Positions 8,743 to 18,096 of a DNA stretch of 32,000 bases are shown here, in pieces (within the stretch, counting starts at the first letter, position 1; each line of letters starts with the position of its first letter). Below the pieces are notes generated by a model that saw nothing but the letters and a program-made list of their open reading frames with translations, was not told the DNA's origin and did no database searches. Location: assembly GCF_000829315.1 (NCBI RefSeq), contig NZ_AP013028.1, positions 120,001 to 152,000 of the forward strand, in the 5' to 3' direction. This stretch comes from Wolbachia endosymbiont of Cimex lectularius. GTDB lineage: Bacteria > Pseudomonadota > Alphaproteobacteria > Rickettsiales > Anaplasmataceae. Made by a program: the position numbers and the translations under genes.

Positions 8743-9366
8743 ATGCGGCGTATAGCCTCATTCTTTATATTATCGGCAATACTAATAAGCTGTGGCTTGC
8801 AAAAACCTGTACCTGTGCTGCTTAAAGGTGAAGAGTTTTATGGGAAAAGAGACCTAGAGTATACAAGGGAATACCATTTAATTAGAGAGGATGTTGATTC
8901 TTCAGTAAAAAAAGAAAATAGAAAAGCTGTCATAGATAAGGTATATAGAGAGAATAATAAAGCGCAAAATGTGGAAATTGATGGGGTGAATTGTAAATTT
9001 GTAATGCCAGTTAAAGGTACTGTTATTTCAACTGCTTCCTCTGATGAAGTATGTAAAGATGGAGTAAAAATTGCTGCTCAAGGCGGAACGAATGTGGTTG
9101 CTTCTGCACCTGGCAAAGTGATATATGTAGGCAAAGGGCTGAGGTGGTATGGAAATTTAATTATAGTGGAACACAAAGATAATTATGTGACTGTGTACTC
9201 CTATTTAAAAAACATACACGTTGAAATTGGTGATAAAGTAAAACAGGGTCAAGTAATTGGGTCTGCAGGTAAGTCAAGTACGCAGGATAAAGATCCGCAG
9301 ATGTGCTTTACAATACGGCATAACGGTCAAGAGGTTGATCCTTTGAAGCATATGAACTGTAATTGA
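8743..9366 (+). CDS. NlpD/EnvC-like lipoprotein with degenerate LytM (M23) domain
   Basis: Lipobox ILISC. LytM core GVKIAAQGGTNVVASAPGKVIYVG..GNLIIVEH..YVTVYSYL..VKQGQVIGSAG. The catalytic HxxxD and HxH positions read KDGV and QMCF. Confidence 0.75.
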   Translation: MRRIASFFILSAILISCGLQKPVPVLLKGEEFYGKRDLEYTREYHLIREDVDSSVKKENRKAVIDKVYRENNKAQNVEIDGVNCKFVMPVKGTVISTASSDEVCKDGVKIAAQGGTNVVASAPGKVIYVGKGLRWYGNLIIVEHKDNYVTVYSYLKNIHVEIGDKVKQGQVIGSAGKSSTQDKDPQMCFTIRHNGQEVDPLKHMNCN

Positions 9367-9378
9367 ATTTGGATTTAT

Positions 9379-11922
9379 ATGAAATATGATTTTAAAAACG
9401 TTGAAAAATTTTATCAAGATAAGTGGAATTTTTCTGTAAGCAAAAATAGCAAGCAAGAGAAATGTTACGTATTGGAGATGTTTCCATATCCATCTGGTAA
9501 AATTCACATGGGACACTTACGTAACTATGCAATAGGAGATGTGATAGCGCGTTATAAGAGAGCTTGCGGATTTGAGGTTTTGCACCCAATTGGCTGGGAT
9601 GCGTTTGGGTTGCCAGCTGAAAATGCAGCAAGGGACAATAATATTAGCCCTGCGGCATGGACGAAAGAGAATATAGATAGTATGCATGCGCAGCTTAGAT
9701 CTATAGGTCTTTCTTATAACTGGGAGCGTGAACTCTCCACATGTGAACCTGACTATTACAAACACGAACAAAAATTTTTCCTGGATTTTTTAAAGCATGG
9801 GCTTGCCTACCGAAAAGAGTCGTGGGTTAACTGGGACCCGGTAGACCAAACAGTGCTTGCAAATGAACAAGTAGTCGATGGAAAAGGGTGGCGGTCAGGC
9901 ACAGTTGTTGAAAAACGTAAGTTATCCCAATGGTTTTTAAAGATTACTGATTTCGCTGAAGATTTACTCAAGTGTTTGCAAGATTTAAAAAATTGGCCAG
10001 AGAAAGTCAAAACAATGCAAGAGCGCTGGATAGGAAAATCCGAAGGGGTCATCATAGAGTTTGAAATAGTTGGTCTAAATAAGAAATTAAAGATTTTTAC
10101 AACTTCCCCGCATACTTTGTTTGGAGCTTCTTTTCTTGCGGTAGCAGCAGAGCACCCTATTGTGCAGGATATCATGCTTCCAGATGCTCCTGAAGTTTTG
10201 TCATCCCAGTGCTTCGACACTGGGATCCAGCAAAAAGATGAATGGATTCCAGCGTCACGCACTGGAATGACAATTGATAATATAAACACAAAGGGGGAAA
10301 ATGACGAAAAATTTGGGATTTACACCGGATTGAATGTCAAACACCCATTCCTTGACAAGGAATTGCCGCTCTATATAGCGAATTTTGTATTGATGGAGTA
10401 TGGAGAAGGTGCAATTTTTGGGTGCCCTGCTCATGATCAGCGTGATTTTGAATTTGTACAGAAATATGATTTGCCGATTATTCCTGTAGTTCGTGAAGAG
10501 GTTCCACAAGCCACAGAGACCTTAAAAGAAGTATATACCGGCGATGGGGTAATGTTCAACTCTGAATTCTTAAACGGATTAACTGTCAGCAAAGCAAAGG
10601 AAGTAGCCATTAAAAAGCTTGAAGAAAAAGGAATAGGCAAAAAAACGATAAACTATCGTTTACATGATTGGGGAATTTCAAGGCAACGTTATTGGGGATG
10701 CCCTATACCTATAATATATTGTAAAGATTGTGGAACTGTGCAAGTGCCAGAAAGAGACCTTCCCGTAGTTCTGCCGACGGATGTGGAATTTACCAGCGGT
10801 GGCAATCCGCTTGATAAACATCCAACTTGGAAGTTTGTTGATTGCCCAAAATGCGGAAAACAAGCAGAGCGTGAAACTGATACATTTGACACCTTTTTTG
10901 AATCTTCCTGGTATTTTGCTGCATTTTGTAGTGAAAATAAGTCTATCAATAAGGATGCGTGTAATCGTTTTATGCCTGTAGATTATTATATAGGTGGAAT
11001 AGAACATGCGATCTTGCACCTGCTTTACTCACGATTTTTCTGCCGCGCTTTGACCAAATGTGGTTACCTTGATACTAAGGAGCCTTTCTCTACTTTGATC
11101 ACTCAAGGGATGGTCTGTCATGTAACTTACAAAGATGAGAATGGCAAATGGCTTTTTCCTGAAGAAGCAAAGGAATTGATGGCACAAGGTGCTGAGGTTC
11201 AAGTTGGAAAAGTCGAGAAGATGAGTAAATCAAAAAAGAATACAGTTGATCCAAATTTTATCATAGAAAAGTACGGTGCTGATACTGCTCGCTTGTTCGT
11301 ATTATCTGACACTCCTCCAGAGAAAGATATGGAGTGGTCCGATGATGGCGTAGAAGGTTGTTCTCGCTATATAAATAAATTGTGGCGCATGGTAATGCAG
11401 CTAAGACCCGTGAATATGCGCTATGATAACGAAAGTGTTACAGGTAAACTTTTAGAATACAGAAAAAAAATACATAAGCTCTTGCACGGACTTACAGACG
11501 ACTTGGAAAGCTGCAGATTAAACTGTGTAGTGGCAAAATTTCGTGAAATGACGAATTTAATAGCTGAAATAGATGTGAAAGATGGAAAATCTCTTATTGA
11601 TGAAGGTATATGTATACTAATCAGAGTAATTGAGCCATTTATACCACACCTGGCTGAAAACTTATGGCAAGAAATAAGAGACGAAGGTATGCTATATCTA
11701 AAGCCTTGGCCACAAGCTACCAAATCATTACTGATTGATGATGTGGTAACTGTGGCAGTTCAGATCAATGGAAAATTGCGTACAACAATCGAGGTGGCAG
11801 CTGACTTATCTCAAGAAGAATTAAAGAAAATAGCAATAGACTCTGTGTCCAATAGGATTGATCAAAGCAAAGTTCGCGCTATATATGCTGTACCAAATAA
11901 GATAGTAAACATAGTTATATAA
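9379..11922 (+). CDS. leuS: leucine--tRNA ligase
   Basis: 847 aa. HIGH-type motif [16 protein letters not shown] present, and LeuRS-specific blocks ([37 protein letters not shown]). Confidence 0.95.
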   Translation: MKYDFKNVEKFYQDKWNFSVSKNSKQEKCYVLEMFPYPSGKIHMGHLRNYAIGDVIARYKRACGFEVLHPIGWDAFGLPAENAARDNNISPAAWTKENIDSMHAQLRSIGLSYNWERELSTCEPDYYKHEQKFFLDFLKHGLAYRKESWVNWDPVDQTVLANEQVVDGKGWRSGTVVEKRKLSQWFLKITDFAEDLLKCLQDLKNWPEKVKTMQERWIGKSEGVIIEFEIVGLNKKLKIFTTSPHTLFGASFLAVAAEHPIVQDIMLPDAPEVLSSQCFDTGIQQKDEWIPASRTGMTIDNINTKGENDEKFGIYTGLNVKHPFLDKELPLYIANFVLMEYGEGAIFGCPAHDQRDFEFVQKYDLPIIPVVREEVPQATETLKEVYTGDGVMFNSEFLNGLTVSKAKEVAIKKLEEKGIGKKTINYRLHDWGISRQRYWGCPIPIIYCKDCGTVQVPERDLPVVLPTDVEFTSGGNPLDKHPTWKFVDCPKCGKQAERETDTFDTFFESSWYFAAFCSENKSINKDACNRFMPVDYYIGGIEHAILHLLYSRFFCRALTKCGYLDTKEPFSTLITQGMVCHVTYKDENGKWLFPEEAKELMAQGAEVQVGKVEKMSKSKKNTVDPNFIIEKYGADTARLFVLSDTPPEKDMEWSDDGVEGCSRYINKLWRMVMQLRPVNMRYDNESVTGKLLEYRKKIHKLLHGLTDDLESCRLNCVVAKFREMTNLIAEIDVKDGKSLIDEGICILIRVIEPFIPHLAENLWQEIRDEGMLYLKPWPQATKSLLIDDVVTVAVQINGKLRTTIEVAADLSQEELKKIAIDSVSNRIDQSKVRAIYAVPNKIVNIVI
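10200..10271. repeat. short palindromic repeat element (RPE/WPE-like), in-frame inside leuS
   Basis: gtcatcccagtgcttcgacactgggatccagcaaaaagatgaatggattccagcgtcacgcactggaatgac. Paralogous to 113-185. Encodes [25 protein letters not shown] between LeuRS blocks AAEHPIVQD and GLNVKHPF. Confidence 0.85.
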
Positions 11923-12044
11923 AAATCTGAGTAGCGCTTCCCTAACTTTATAGTTATACTTTTTTTAACATGTAATTATACCTTTTTAAATATAAAGGTT
12001 ATATACTTGTACATTATATATATTTTTTTTGTATGAGGAGTTAT

Positions 12045-12948
12045 ATGAAAATGAAGAGATTATGCACCTTAGCTGTATTACTCACTTCATCTCTAGCGAA
12101 TGCAGCGGGTGATGTAGCGGCTAGTTTAGAAAGTCAGTACTACGCAAGGTTTAAACTTTGGTGCTGGATGGGGTGGTGGCTTTGTAGTGAAACCTAGCGT
12201 CGTCTTTGGTTATCATTATGACCAAAACTCTAAATTTGAACTTGAGGTTCTTAGTAATGTTAAGTCATTAAAGAGCATAGGAGCTAGCCTGCTGGCAAAC
12301 TACCGTTTTTATCCTGACCTTGATATCGACCCTGTTAAACTATACGTCAGTGGAGGTTTAGGTGGATATCTCCAAATAGTACCTTTTGGCTTTGGTAGTG
12401 GTAGTAAAAAAGCAGTTTCTAATTCAAGTACAGCTGCAATAGCAGCGACAGAAGGAGGTGATGCAGAAGAAGGTGATGCAGAAGAAGGTGATGCAGGAGG
12501 AGATGCGATAGAAGAAAGTGCGCCAGCGGATAAAGAAGATAAGAAAATAAAAGATATTAAAGAAGTAGTGAAGGAGGTAAAGGAGATAGAAAAGGGTATA
12601 AAGGAGATGAAGGAATTAGAGAAGCAGAGAAAGTTGTTAAAGGATCTAGAGGCGATAGGGGAGGATCTAGATGGAATAGAGAAGGCGAAGAAGAAGATAA
12701 AGGAGCTAGAGAAGCTAGATAAAGAGATAGATGAGATAGGGAATGGGATAAATACAGTTAATTTATCTCTAGCAGACAAAATACTGGGTTCTATTTCCTA
12801 TAAACTAAAGGTTGGCGTTGATTATGAAATTACTCCACAGATAGTTGGTGCAGTTGGTATTACCGTAGGCGGGCAACTAAGTGGTTTTAAACCACCGATA
12901 AAAATGCCAGATACAACTTTAGAGGTAGGAATTCGTTATAATTTTTAG
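12045..12948 (+). pseudogene. beta-barrel outer membrane protein (surface-antigen/OMP_b-brl-like), paralog 1, frameshifted after the signal peptide
   Basis: ATG 12045 is preceded by GAGGAG and encodes signal peptide MKMKRLCTLAVLLTSSLANA. An extra A at about 12146-12147 shifts the frame. Without it the text reads YYAGLNFGAGWGGGFVVKPSVVFGY, continuous with ORF 12187-12948. Ends ..LEVGIRYNF (OMP C-terminal Phe). Confidence 0.75.
12451..12507 (+). repeat. 15-bp tandem repeat (EGDAE units) in OMP loop
   Basis: gaaggaggtgatgca / gaagaaggtgatgca / gaagaaggtgatgca / ggaggagatgcg. Confidence 0.7.
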
Positions 12949-13125
12949 TGTGAGTATTAATCTTCAGTATTGCACCCTGTTTAATGCTTAGATAATCTAA
13001 CTTGTGAAAAAATTATGCCAAGGCAAAGTACTTAAATTTACTGCCAGCAGACAGAATTGTTTAGACGCTTATTTTCTCTTAATCCAGCCTGTTTTGAGTA
13101 AGGACAAACACAGTATGAGGTCCAT

Positions 13126-14131
13126 ATGGAGATGAAGAAATTGTTTGCTTTTGCCATATTGCTTACTTTATCTTTAGCAGGTGTAGCAAAGGATGCGGCT
13201 GATTTAGAAAATAAATACTACACAGGTTTAAACTTTGGTGCTGGGTGAGGTGATGGCTTTAAAATGGAGCCTGGAGTTGTTTTTGGTTATCATCATAACA
13301 AAAAATCCAAGTTCGAACTTGAGGTTCTCAGTGAGATTCAGTCACTACAGAACATAGGAGCTGGTCTGCTAGCAAATTACCGTTATTATCCTAATCCTGA
13401 TACTAATCCAGTAAAACTTTATGTTGGTGTAGGCTTAGGAGGATATCTTCAAATCGTACCTTTTGGTAGCAGTAAAGGTCCTAAAGATTTGGCAATGGGA
13501 GAAGCACGAAAAATGAGAAGTATTCTTGGTGATATGTTTGATCTTGTTGGAGATTTAGTTGTAGGACCAAAAAAAAGGGAGAAAAAGGATACAAAAAAAC
13601 CGCCAGTGAAAGAAAAACCAAAACCTACAGCTGAAGAAGAGCCGAAACCACCTGTGGAAGAAAAACCAAAACCGCCTATGGAAGAAAAACAAAACCTACA
13701 ACTGAAGAAGAACCAAAACCACCAGTAGAGGACGAAACAAAACCGCCAACTGAAGAAGAAACAAAATTACCGGTGAAAGACGAAACAAAACCGCCAATGC
13801 AACCAACAGCAAAAGAAAAAATAACTGAAGTAGATAAGGAAACTACTACTGTGGCAGATGGAAAAAAACAACAACACCAGTAAAAGAAGCAATACCTCCA
13901 ATGAAAAGAGAAACAAAACTACCAATGGTAGCAGAAAAAGAAATGTTAACTCTAGCAGACAAAATACTGGGCTCTATTTCCTATAAACTAAAGGTTGGCG
14001 TTGATTATGAAATTACTCCACAGATAGTTGGTGCAGTTGGTATTACCATAGGCGGGCAACTAAGTGGTTTTAAACCACCGATAAAAATGCCAGACGCGAC
14101 TTTAGAGGTAGGGATTCGTTATAATTTTTAA
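13126..14131 (+). pseudogene. beta-barrel outer membrane protein, paralog 2, with a nonsense codon and two frameshifts
   Basis: Signal peptide MEMKKLFAFAILLTLSLAG. In-frame TGA at 13246-13248 aligns with the TGG (Trp) of paralog 1. One A is missing in the A5 run (13685-13689) and one in the A7 run (13862-13868), so the frames run 1->0->2. The C-terminal 60 aa are nearly identical to paralog 1. Confidence 0.75.
13615..13805 (+). repeat. 24-nt (8-aa) tandem repeat x8, proline-rich (KPKPPVEE-type) loop cassette
   Basis: Units KPKPTAEE/EPKPPVEE/KPKPPMEE/KTKPTTEE/EPKPPVED/ETKPPTEE/ETKLPVKD/ETKPPMQP, once the A-run frameshift is corrected. Confidence 0.75.
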
Positions 14132-14149
14132 ATATATTTTTAGTATTTA

Positions 14150-14655
14150 TGTAAAAAAGAGATTGAAAATGCACTTCTTGCATAACTAAACTGAGCAGAA
14201 AAAAAGACAAAAGAAACCCTAGTCAATACCTATTTTAATAACTTGGCGTTAATGCTCTATACGCTTGACAAGTAGCTGACCTTGGGATTGTAAATACCCA
14301 TAATTTTACGATAAGTGAAATGTCGAAACTTGTCAAGCAATTTTTTTGTGAAAAAAATGAGATTGGTTAAATTTTTAACTAATTAGAAAAAAAGACAAAA
14401 AAACCCCGCAACGTGAGTTGTTTACTGTTCTCTCAAAACTTGGCGTCCGATTCTCTCTTACACCGCTTAATAAGCGAAGCTCAGCTAATGTAGACAAAAA
14501 ATTATAAAGACATGCAGTGCCCATGCTGCAAAAATTAAACATAACACGCCTTGTTTTATACTGTGCTTTTGTCACTTAATACAAGATTAAAGATAAATTT
14601 TAGGCCTAAAACACCCATAACCCTATTATAAGGGGACTGGTGAAGGTTGTCAAGT
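14150..14655 (-). repeat. composite intergenic repeat module, copy III (inverted, diverged)
   Basis: The minus strand reads aaaaaaactacttgacaacc..tataat, then atgtttaatttttgcagcatgggcactgcatgtcttt and gcttcgcttattaagcgg, which are homologous to copy II. It also has two ggg(g)ttt(c)ttttgtcttttttt motifs (about 14387-14412 and 14205-14232) and further cttgacaag motifs (14265-14285, 14322-14340). Confidence 0.65.
14625..14653 (-). promoter_or_regulatory. consensus sigma70-type promoter (TTGACA-17-TATAAT) on the minus strand, abutting the nth stop codon
   Basis: Plus strand has attata at 14625-14630 and tgtcaa at 14648-14653, with a 17-nt spacer. No credible minus-strand ORF lies downstream. Confidence 0.5.
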
Positions 14656-15333
14656 AGTTTTTTTGTTTCCATGGCTTAGGCAGCTATTTGGGCAACAGAC
14701 CTTATACCTCTTGCCCTCAAATTCGCATAAATCATGAATTATGCACGTTTCACACGAGGGTTTTTGTGCTTTGCAAACATATCTACCGTGCAAAACCAGC
14801 CAATGATGAGCATAAAGCAAGTATTTCTTTGGAACTACATTTAAAAGGGATTGCTCCGTTTTAAACACATCTTTTTCTTTCACAAGCCCCACTCTATTGC
14901 TAACTCTAAAAACATGAGTATCAACCGCCAATGTTGGAACGCCAAGCCCTGAATTTAAGAACACATTAGCGCTCTTTCTCCCTACCCCTGGCAAAGATAC
15001 CAAATCGTCAAAACTCGCAGGAACTTCGCTATTGTACCGCTCAACTAATATTCTGCTGAGTTCAATTATGTTTCTTACCTTGGAATTATACAAACCAATG
15101 CTGCTTATGCGTTTCCTCAGCTCTTCTTGCCCCAATTCTAGCATCTTTTCTGGCGTATCGGTGATGCTAAATAGCTCTTTTGTAATTTTATTAACGCTTA
15201 CATCGGTCGTCCGCGCTGACAAAACTATCGCAACCAGCAATGTAAAATGATTGGTGTAATTTAGCTCTATTTTCGGTATAGAATTCGACTGCTTGAACTT
15301 TTCAAATATCAATTCTACTTTTTTTGAGTCCAT
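14650..15333 (-). CDS. nth: endonuclease III
   Basis: HhH-GPD motif LVSLPGVGRKSANVFL and DTHVFRVSNRVGL. 4Fe-4S Cys cluster CKAQKPSCETCIIHDLC. The start is placed at MDSKKVELIFEKF (15333) to avoid overlapping icd. Confidence 0.9.
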   Translation of the reverse strand: MDSKKVELIFEKFKQSNSIPKIELNYTNHFTLLVAIVLSARTTDVSVNKITKELFSITDTPEKMLELGQEELRKRISSIGLYNSKVRNIIELSRILVERYNSEVPASFDDLVSLPGVGRKSANVFLNSGLGVPTLAVDTHVFRVSNRVGLVKEKDVFKTEQSLLNVVPKKYLLYAHHWLVLHGRYVCKAQKPSCETCIIHDLCEFEGKRYKVCCPNSCLSHGNKKTT

Positions 15334-15352
15334 TTCATTTATAGCATCTTTT

Positions 15353-16780
15353 TTAAGAAAAGAACCCCTCCTTCCCATCATACAAATACAACTTATCCAT
15401 TCTCACCACGTCAAAGTTATTTTCTTCAAGTGTGACTAGCAGGCTATTTACATCACTATTTGTAATAGTTTTCTTTTCATTATTTGCAATAAACCTGCAG
15501 GTTATTTGATCACTTAAAGATTTTGGACTTCCCGGCCAAATTGCAAGCCCTTTTGAGTATATTGCTATAATTTTCGGATTACTCGATTCAAATAACTTCA
15601 CTATTTGATCAAAACCAGCTGACTTACTCCAGGCAATTGTTATATCGCTACCAACCAGCTTTCTAATTTTGTAGTCCTGCTTACAGTCATCTTGTGTTTT
15701 ATTTACTCTACTATTTGCACCGCTGCCAATTATAAGCTCAGATAACGTTATGGGTTTTTTCCCTAGATTATCTATAACAGCTTCTGCAAATTCTTTGGTA
15801 CCAACTTTCTGTTTACTCCTTTTCTCCTTATATAAATCGGTAGTGTGTATTCCATCCTCCAAAGTCTTCAGCCATGCATCGTAAATTAGTTTTGCAGTAC
15901 CCACCTGATCCATGTAAATTAGCATATGCACTGCAGCATTTAAAAGCCCTGAAGGATTAGCCATGTTTTTTCCTGCAATATCAGGAGCAGAACCGTGCAC
16001 TGCTTCAAACATTGCGTATTTACTCCCTATATTGCTACTTCCGGCTAACCCTACAGAACCTGAGGTTTGTGCTACTATATCTGACAATATATCACCATAC
16101 AAGTTCTCGGTTACTATAACATCGAATTTCTCAGGTTCTGTAGCAACACGTGCCATTCCAATGTCAACTATATAATGTTCTGCCTTGATATCTGGATATT
16201 CTTTTGCAATACGATCAAACGCTGCATGGAAAGTGCCGTCGGTCATTTTCATTATGTTATCTTTAGTCAGACAAGTTACTTTTTCTCTATTGTGCTTTTT
16301 TGCATATTCAAAAGCGTGCCTGCATATCTTCTCTGAGCCAGATCTAGTAATAATTTTAGTGCATTGGTAAGAGTCACCAGTGAGTCTATGCTCTATCCCT
16401 GTGTAAACGTCTTCTTCATTTTCGCGTATTACTACGATATCAAACTTATCGAATTTGTTTTCTATAACAGGATGATACGAAATACACGGTCTGATATTTG
16501 CATATAACCCTAAATTTTTTCTCAGCGCAACGTTTAAGCTTTTGTGGCCTTTACCTTGAGGAGTTGTTGTTGGAGACTTAAGCAATATCTTTGTCCTCTC
16601 AATAGATTCCCAGCCACTTGGAGAAATTCCGTGAGACCACTCCTTATTATAGACACGCTCTCCTATTTCAATAACGTCTACCGAGATCTTTGCCTCTGCT
16701 TCGCGCAATATCGACAGCACCGCTTCCATAATTTCTGGTCCGATACCGTCGCCATATGCAACTGTGATTGGTGTTGACAT
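15353..16780 (-). CDS. icd: isocitrate dehydrogenase (NADP-dependent, long Rickettsiales-type)
   Basis: 475 aa. Motifs VAYGDGIGPEIM, SLNVALRKNLGLYANIRP, NLYGDILSD and GSAPDIAGKNMANP. Confidence 0.9.
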   Translation of the reverse strand: MSTPITVAYGDGIGPEIMEAVLSILREAEAKISVDVIEIGERVYNKEWSHGISPSGWESIERTKILLKSPTTTPQGKGHKSLNVALRKNLGLYANIRPCISYHPVIENKFDKFDIVVIRENEEDVYTGIEHRLTGDSYQCTKIITRSGSEKICRHAFEYAKKHNREKVTCLTKDNIMKMTDGTFHAAFDRIAKEYPDIKAEHYIVDIGMARVATEPEKFDVIVTENLYGDILSDIVAQTSGSVGLAGSSNIGSKYAMFEAVHGSAPDIAGKNMANPSGLLNAAVHMLIYMDQVGTAKLIYDAWLKTLEDGIHTTDLYKEKRSKQKVGTKEFAEAVIDNLGKKPITLSELIIGSGANSRVNKTQDDCKQDYKIRKLVGSDITIAWSKSAGFDQIVKLFESSNPKIIAIYSKGLAIWPGSPKSLSDQITCRFIANNEKKTITNSDVNSLLVTLEENNFDVVRMDKLYLYDGKEGFFS

Positions 16781-16924
16781 AACTCTCCTAACTATAAATG
16801 ACTTAATGTTAATTCAAATGATAGAGTGACACAAGTGGTCAATATTTCCCAGATTAGCATATTTACGGTTATTTAATAACGTGCTTTTATATTGGTGATA
16901 ACATTACAAAGTATAGATGGGGCT

Positions 16925-17223
16925 ATGGATACTGAAATGAATGTCAAAGTAAATTATGCAGAAATTAATAAACGCGTTGTAGCGTACGTAGTTGACCAAA
17001 TACTATTTCTACTCTTTTACCTATTCATTTTGTTCATATCATCAGATAAACTCTTTACTGAATTTTTTAATTCCTTCTTTGATACAACCTCTATGTCAGT
17101 TCAAGTGGAAGCATTAGAAACATTACTGTTTGTAGTACTAGAAACATTAATGATAACAAGACTTGGCTGGACCCCAGGAAAATTGTTGTGTGGTATATAC
17201 ATAAAAGATGCAAGTACATCTAA
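16925..17223 (+). pseudogene. RDD-family membrane protein, 3'-truncated by IS copy B
   Basis: YAEINKRVVAYVVDQILF (conserved Arg/Asp + TM1), a second TM, then GWTPGKLLCGIYIKD. The reading frame runs into the IS at 17224 (..STS|KNLFKILEM*). The expected third TM segment is absent. Confidence 0.6.
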
Positions 17224-18082
17224 GAACCTGTTTAAAATCTTGGAAATGTGAGGTAAAGTAAGCATAGATTAATAATGAGGTGTCTATGCAGAAAAGTTAT
17301 CCAAGTAATATAAGTCAAGAGCAGTTTGAAAAAATCAGGCCAATTTTGGAGAGTGCAAGCAGAAAACAAAACCAAGAAAACTTGATTTGTATGACGTATT
17401 TTGTGGGGTGTTGTACGTCTTAAAAAGTGGTTGTCAGTGGAGGATGTTACCAAAGGGTTTTCCAAGATGGAAAAGCGTATATTACTATTTTCGAGTGTGG
17501 AGTAAAAAGAATGGAGAAGAGCCAAGCTTGTTGGAATTAGTCTTAAAAAAAATTAGTTGGAGAGGTCCGTATCAGCAATGGTCGGAAAGAGAAAACTAGC
17601 TTTTGTATAATTGATTCTCAAAGCGTTAAAAACGCAGATACTGCTGAAAAAAAAGGCTATGATGCAGGTAAAAAGATTTCAGGGATAAAGCGCCATATTG
17701 CAGTTGATACACAAGGTTTGCCACATGCAATTTATGTAACAACGGCAGAAGCAACTGACCGTAGCAGTGCTGTGAAAATGGTCGAAAATGCTAAAGCAAA
17801 CCTCTCTGAAGTTAAAAACATACTGGTTGATGCTGGCTACACAGGAGAAAATTTTGCAACACAAATAAAAGCTATCATTGGTGCGACTGTTGAAGTAATA
17901 AAGCGAAGTGAGTTACACACTTTCGTCGTATTGCCAAAAAGATGGGTTGTTGAACGCTCTTTTGCCTGGTTAGAAAAGTGCAGGCGATTGTGGAAAAATT
18001 GCGAGCGGAAGCTCAACACTAGCTTACAGATGATAGTCCTCTCCTTCATTTCTCTCCTGTTACGAAGATTTTAAACAGGTTC
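17224..18082 (+). mobile_element. IS5-family insertion sequence, copy B (859 bp)
   Basis: Same IRs, TAA on both flanks. A 1-bp deletion (gagagtGCaagc versus gagagtAGCaagc) sits in orfA, plus a G->A change (RWKSV). Confidence 0.9.
17280..18074 (+). pseudogene. IS5-family transposase, orfA frameshifted
   Basis: The 1-bp deletion near 17356 breaks orfA; the track retains only 17387-17599. orfB is intact. Confidence 0.8.
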
Positions 18083-18096
18083 TAATGAACCTACCA

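Noticed and set aside
12309-12779. A 156-aa minus-strand ORF antisense to the OMP paralog 1 loop.
   Set aside because: It is a low-complexity Ser/Phe/Ile-rich mirror of the Lys/Glu repeat region on the coding strand, which is a typical shadow ORF.
13246-13248. Possibility that the in-frame TGA (aligned with Trp in the paralog) is read as Trp, as a genetic-code change.
   Set aside because: ftsQ (5535-5537) and putA (23219-23221) terminate at TGA at the positions expected for those protein families, so TGA functions as a stop here.
14375-14575. A 66-aa GTG-start ORF inside repeat module III, and the 63-aa ORF 27480-27671 across module II.
   Set aside because: No reading frame is conserved between the three module copies. 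The 27480 ORF runs straight through the promoter motif. Low-complexity, AT-rich translation.
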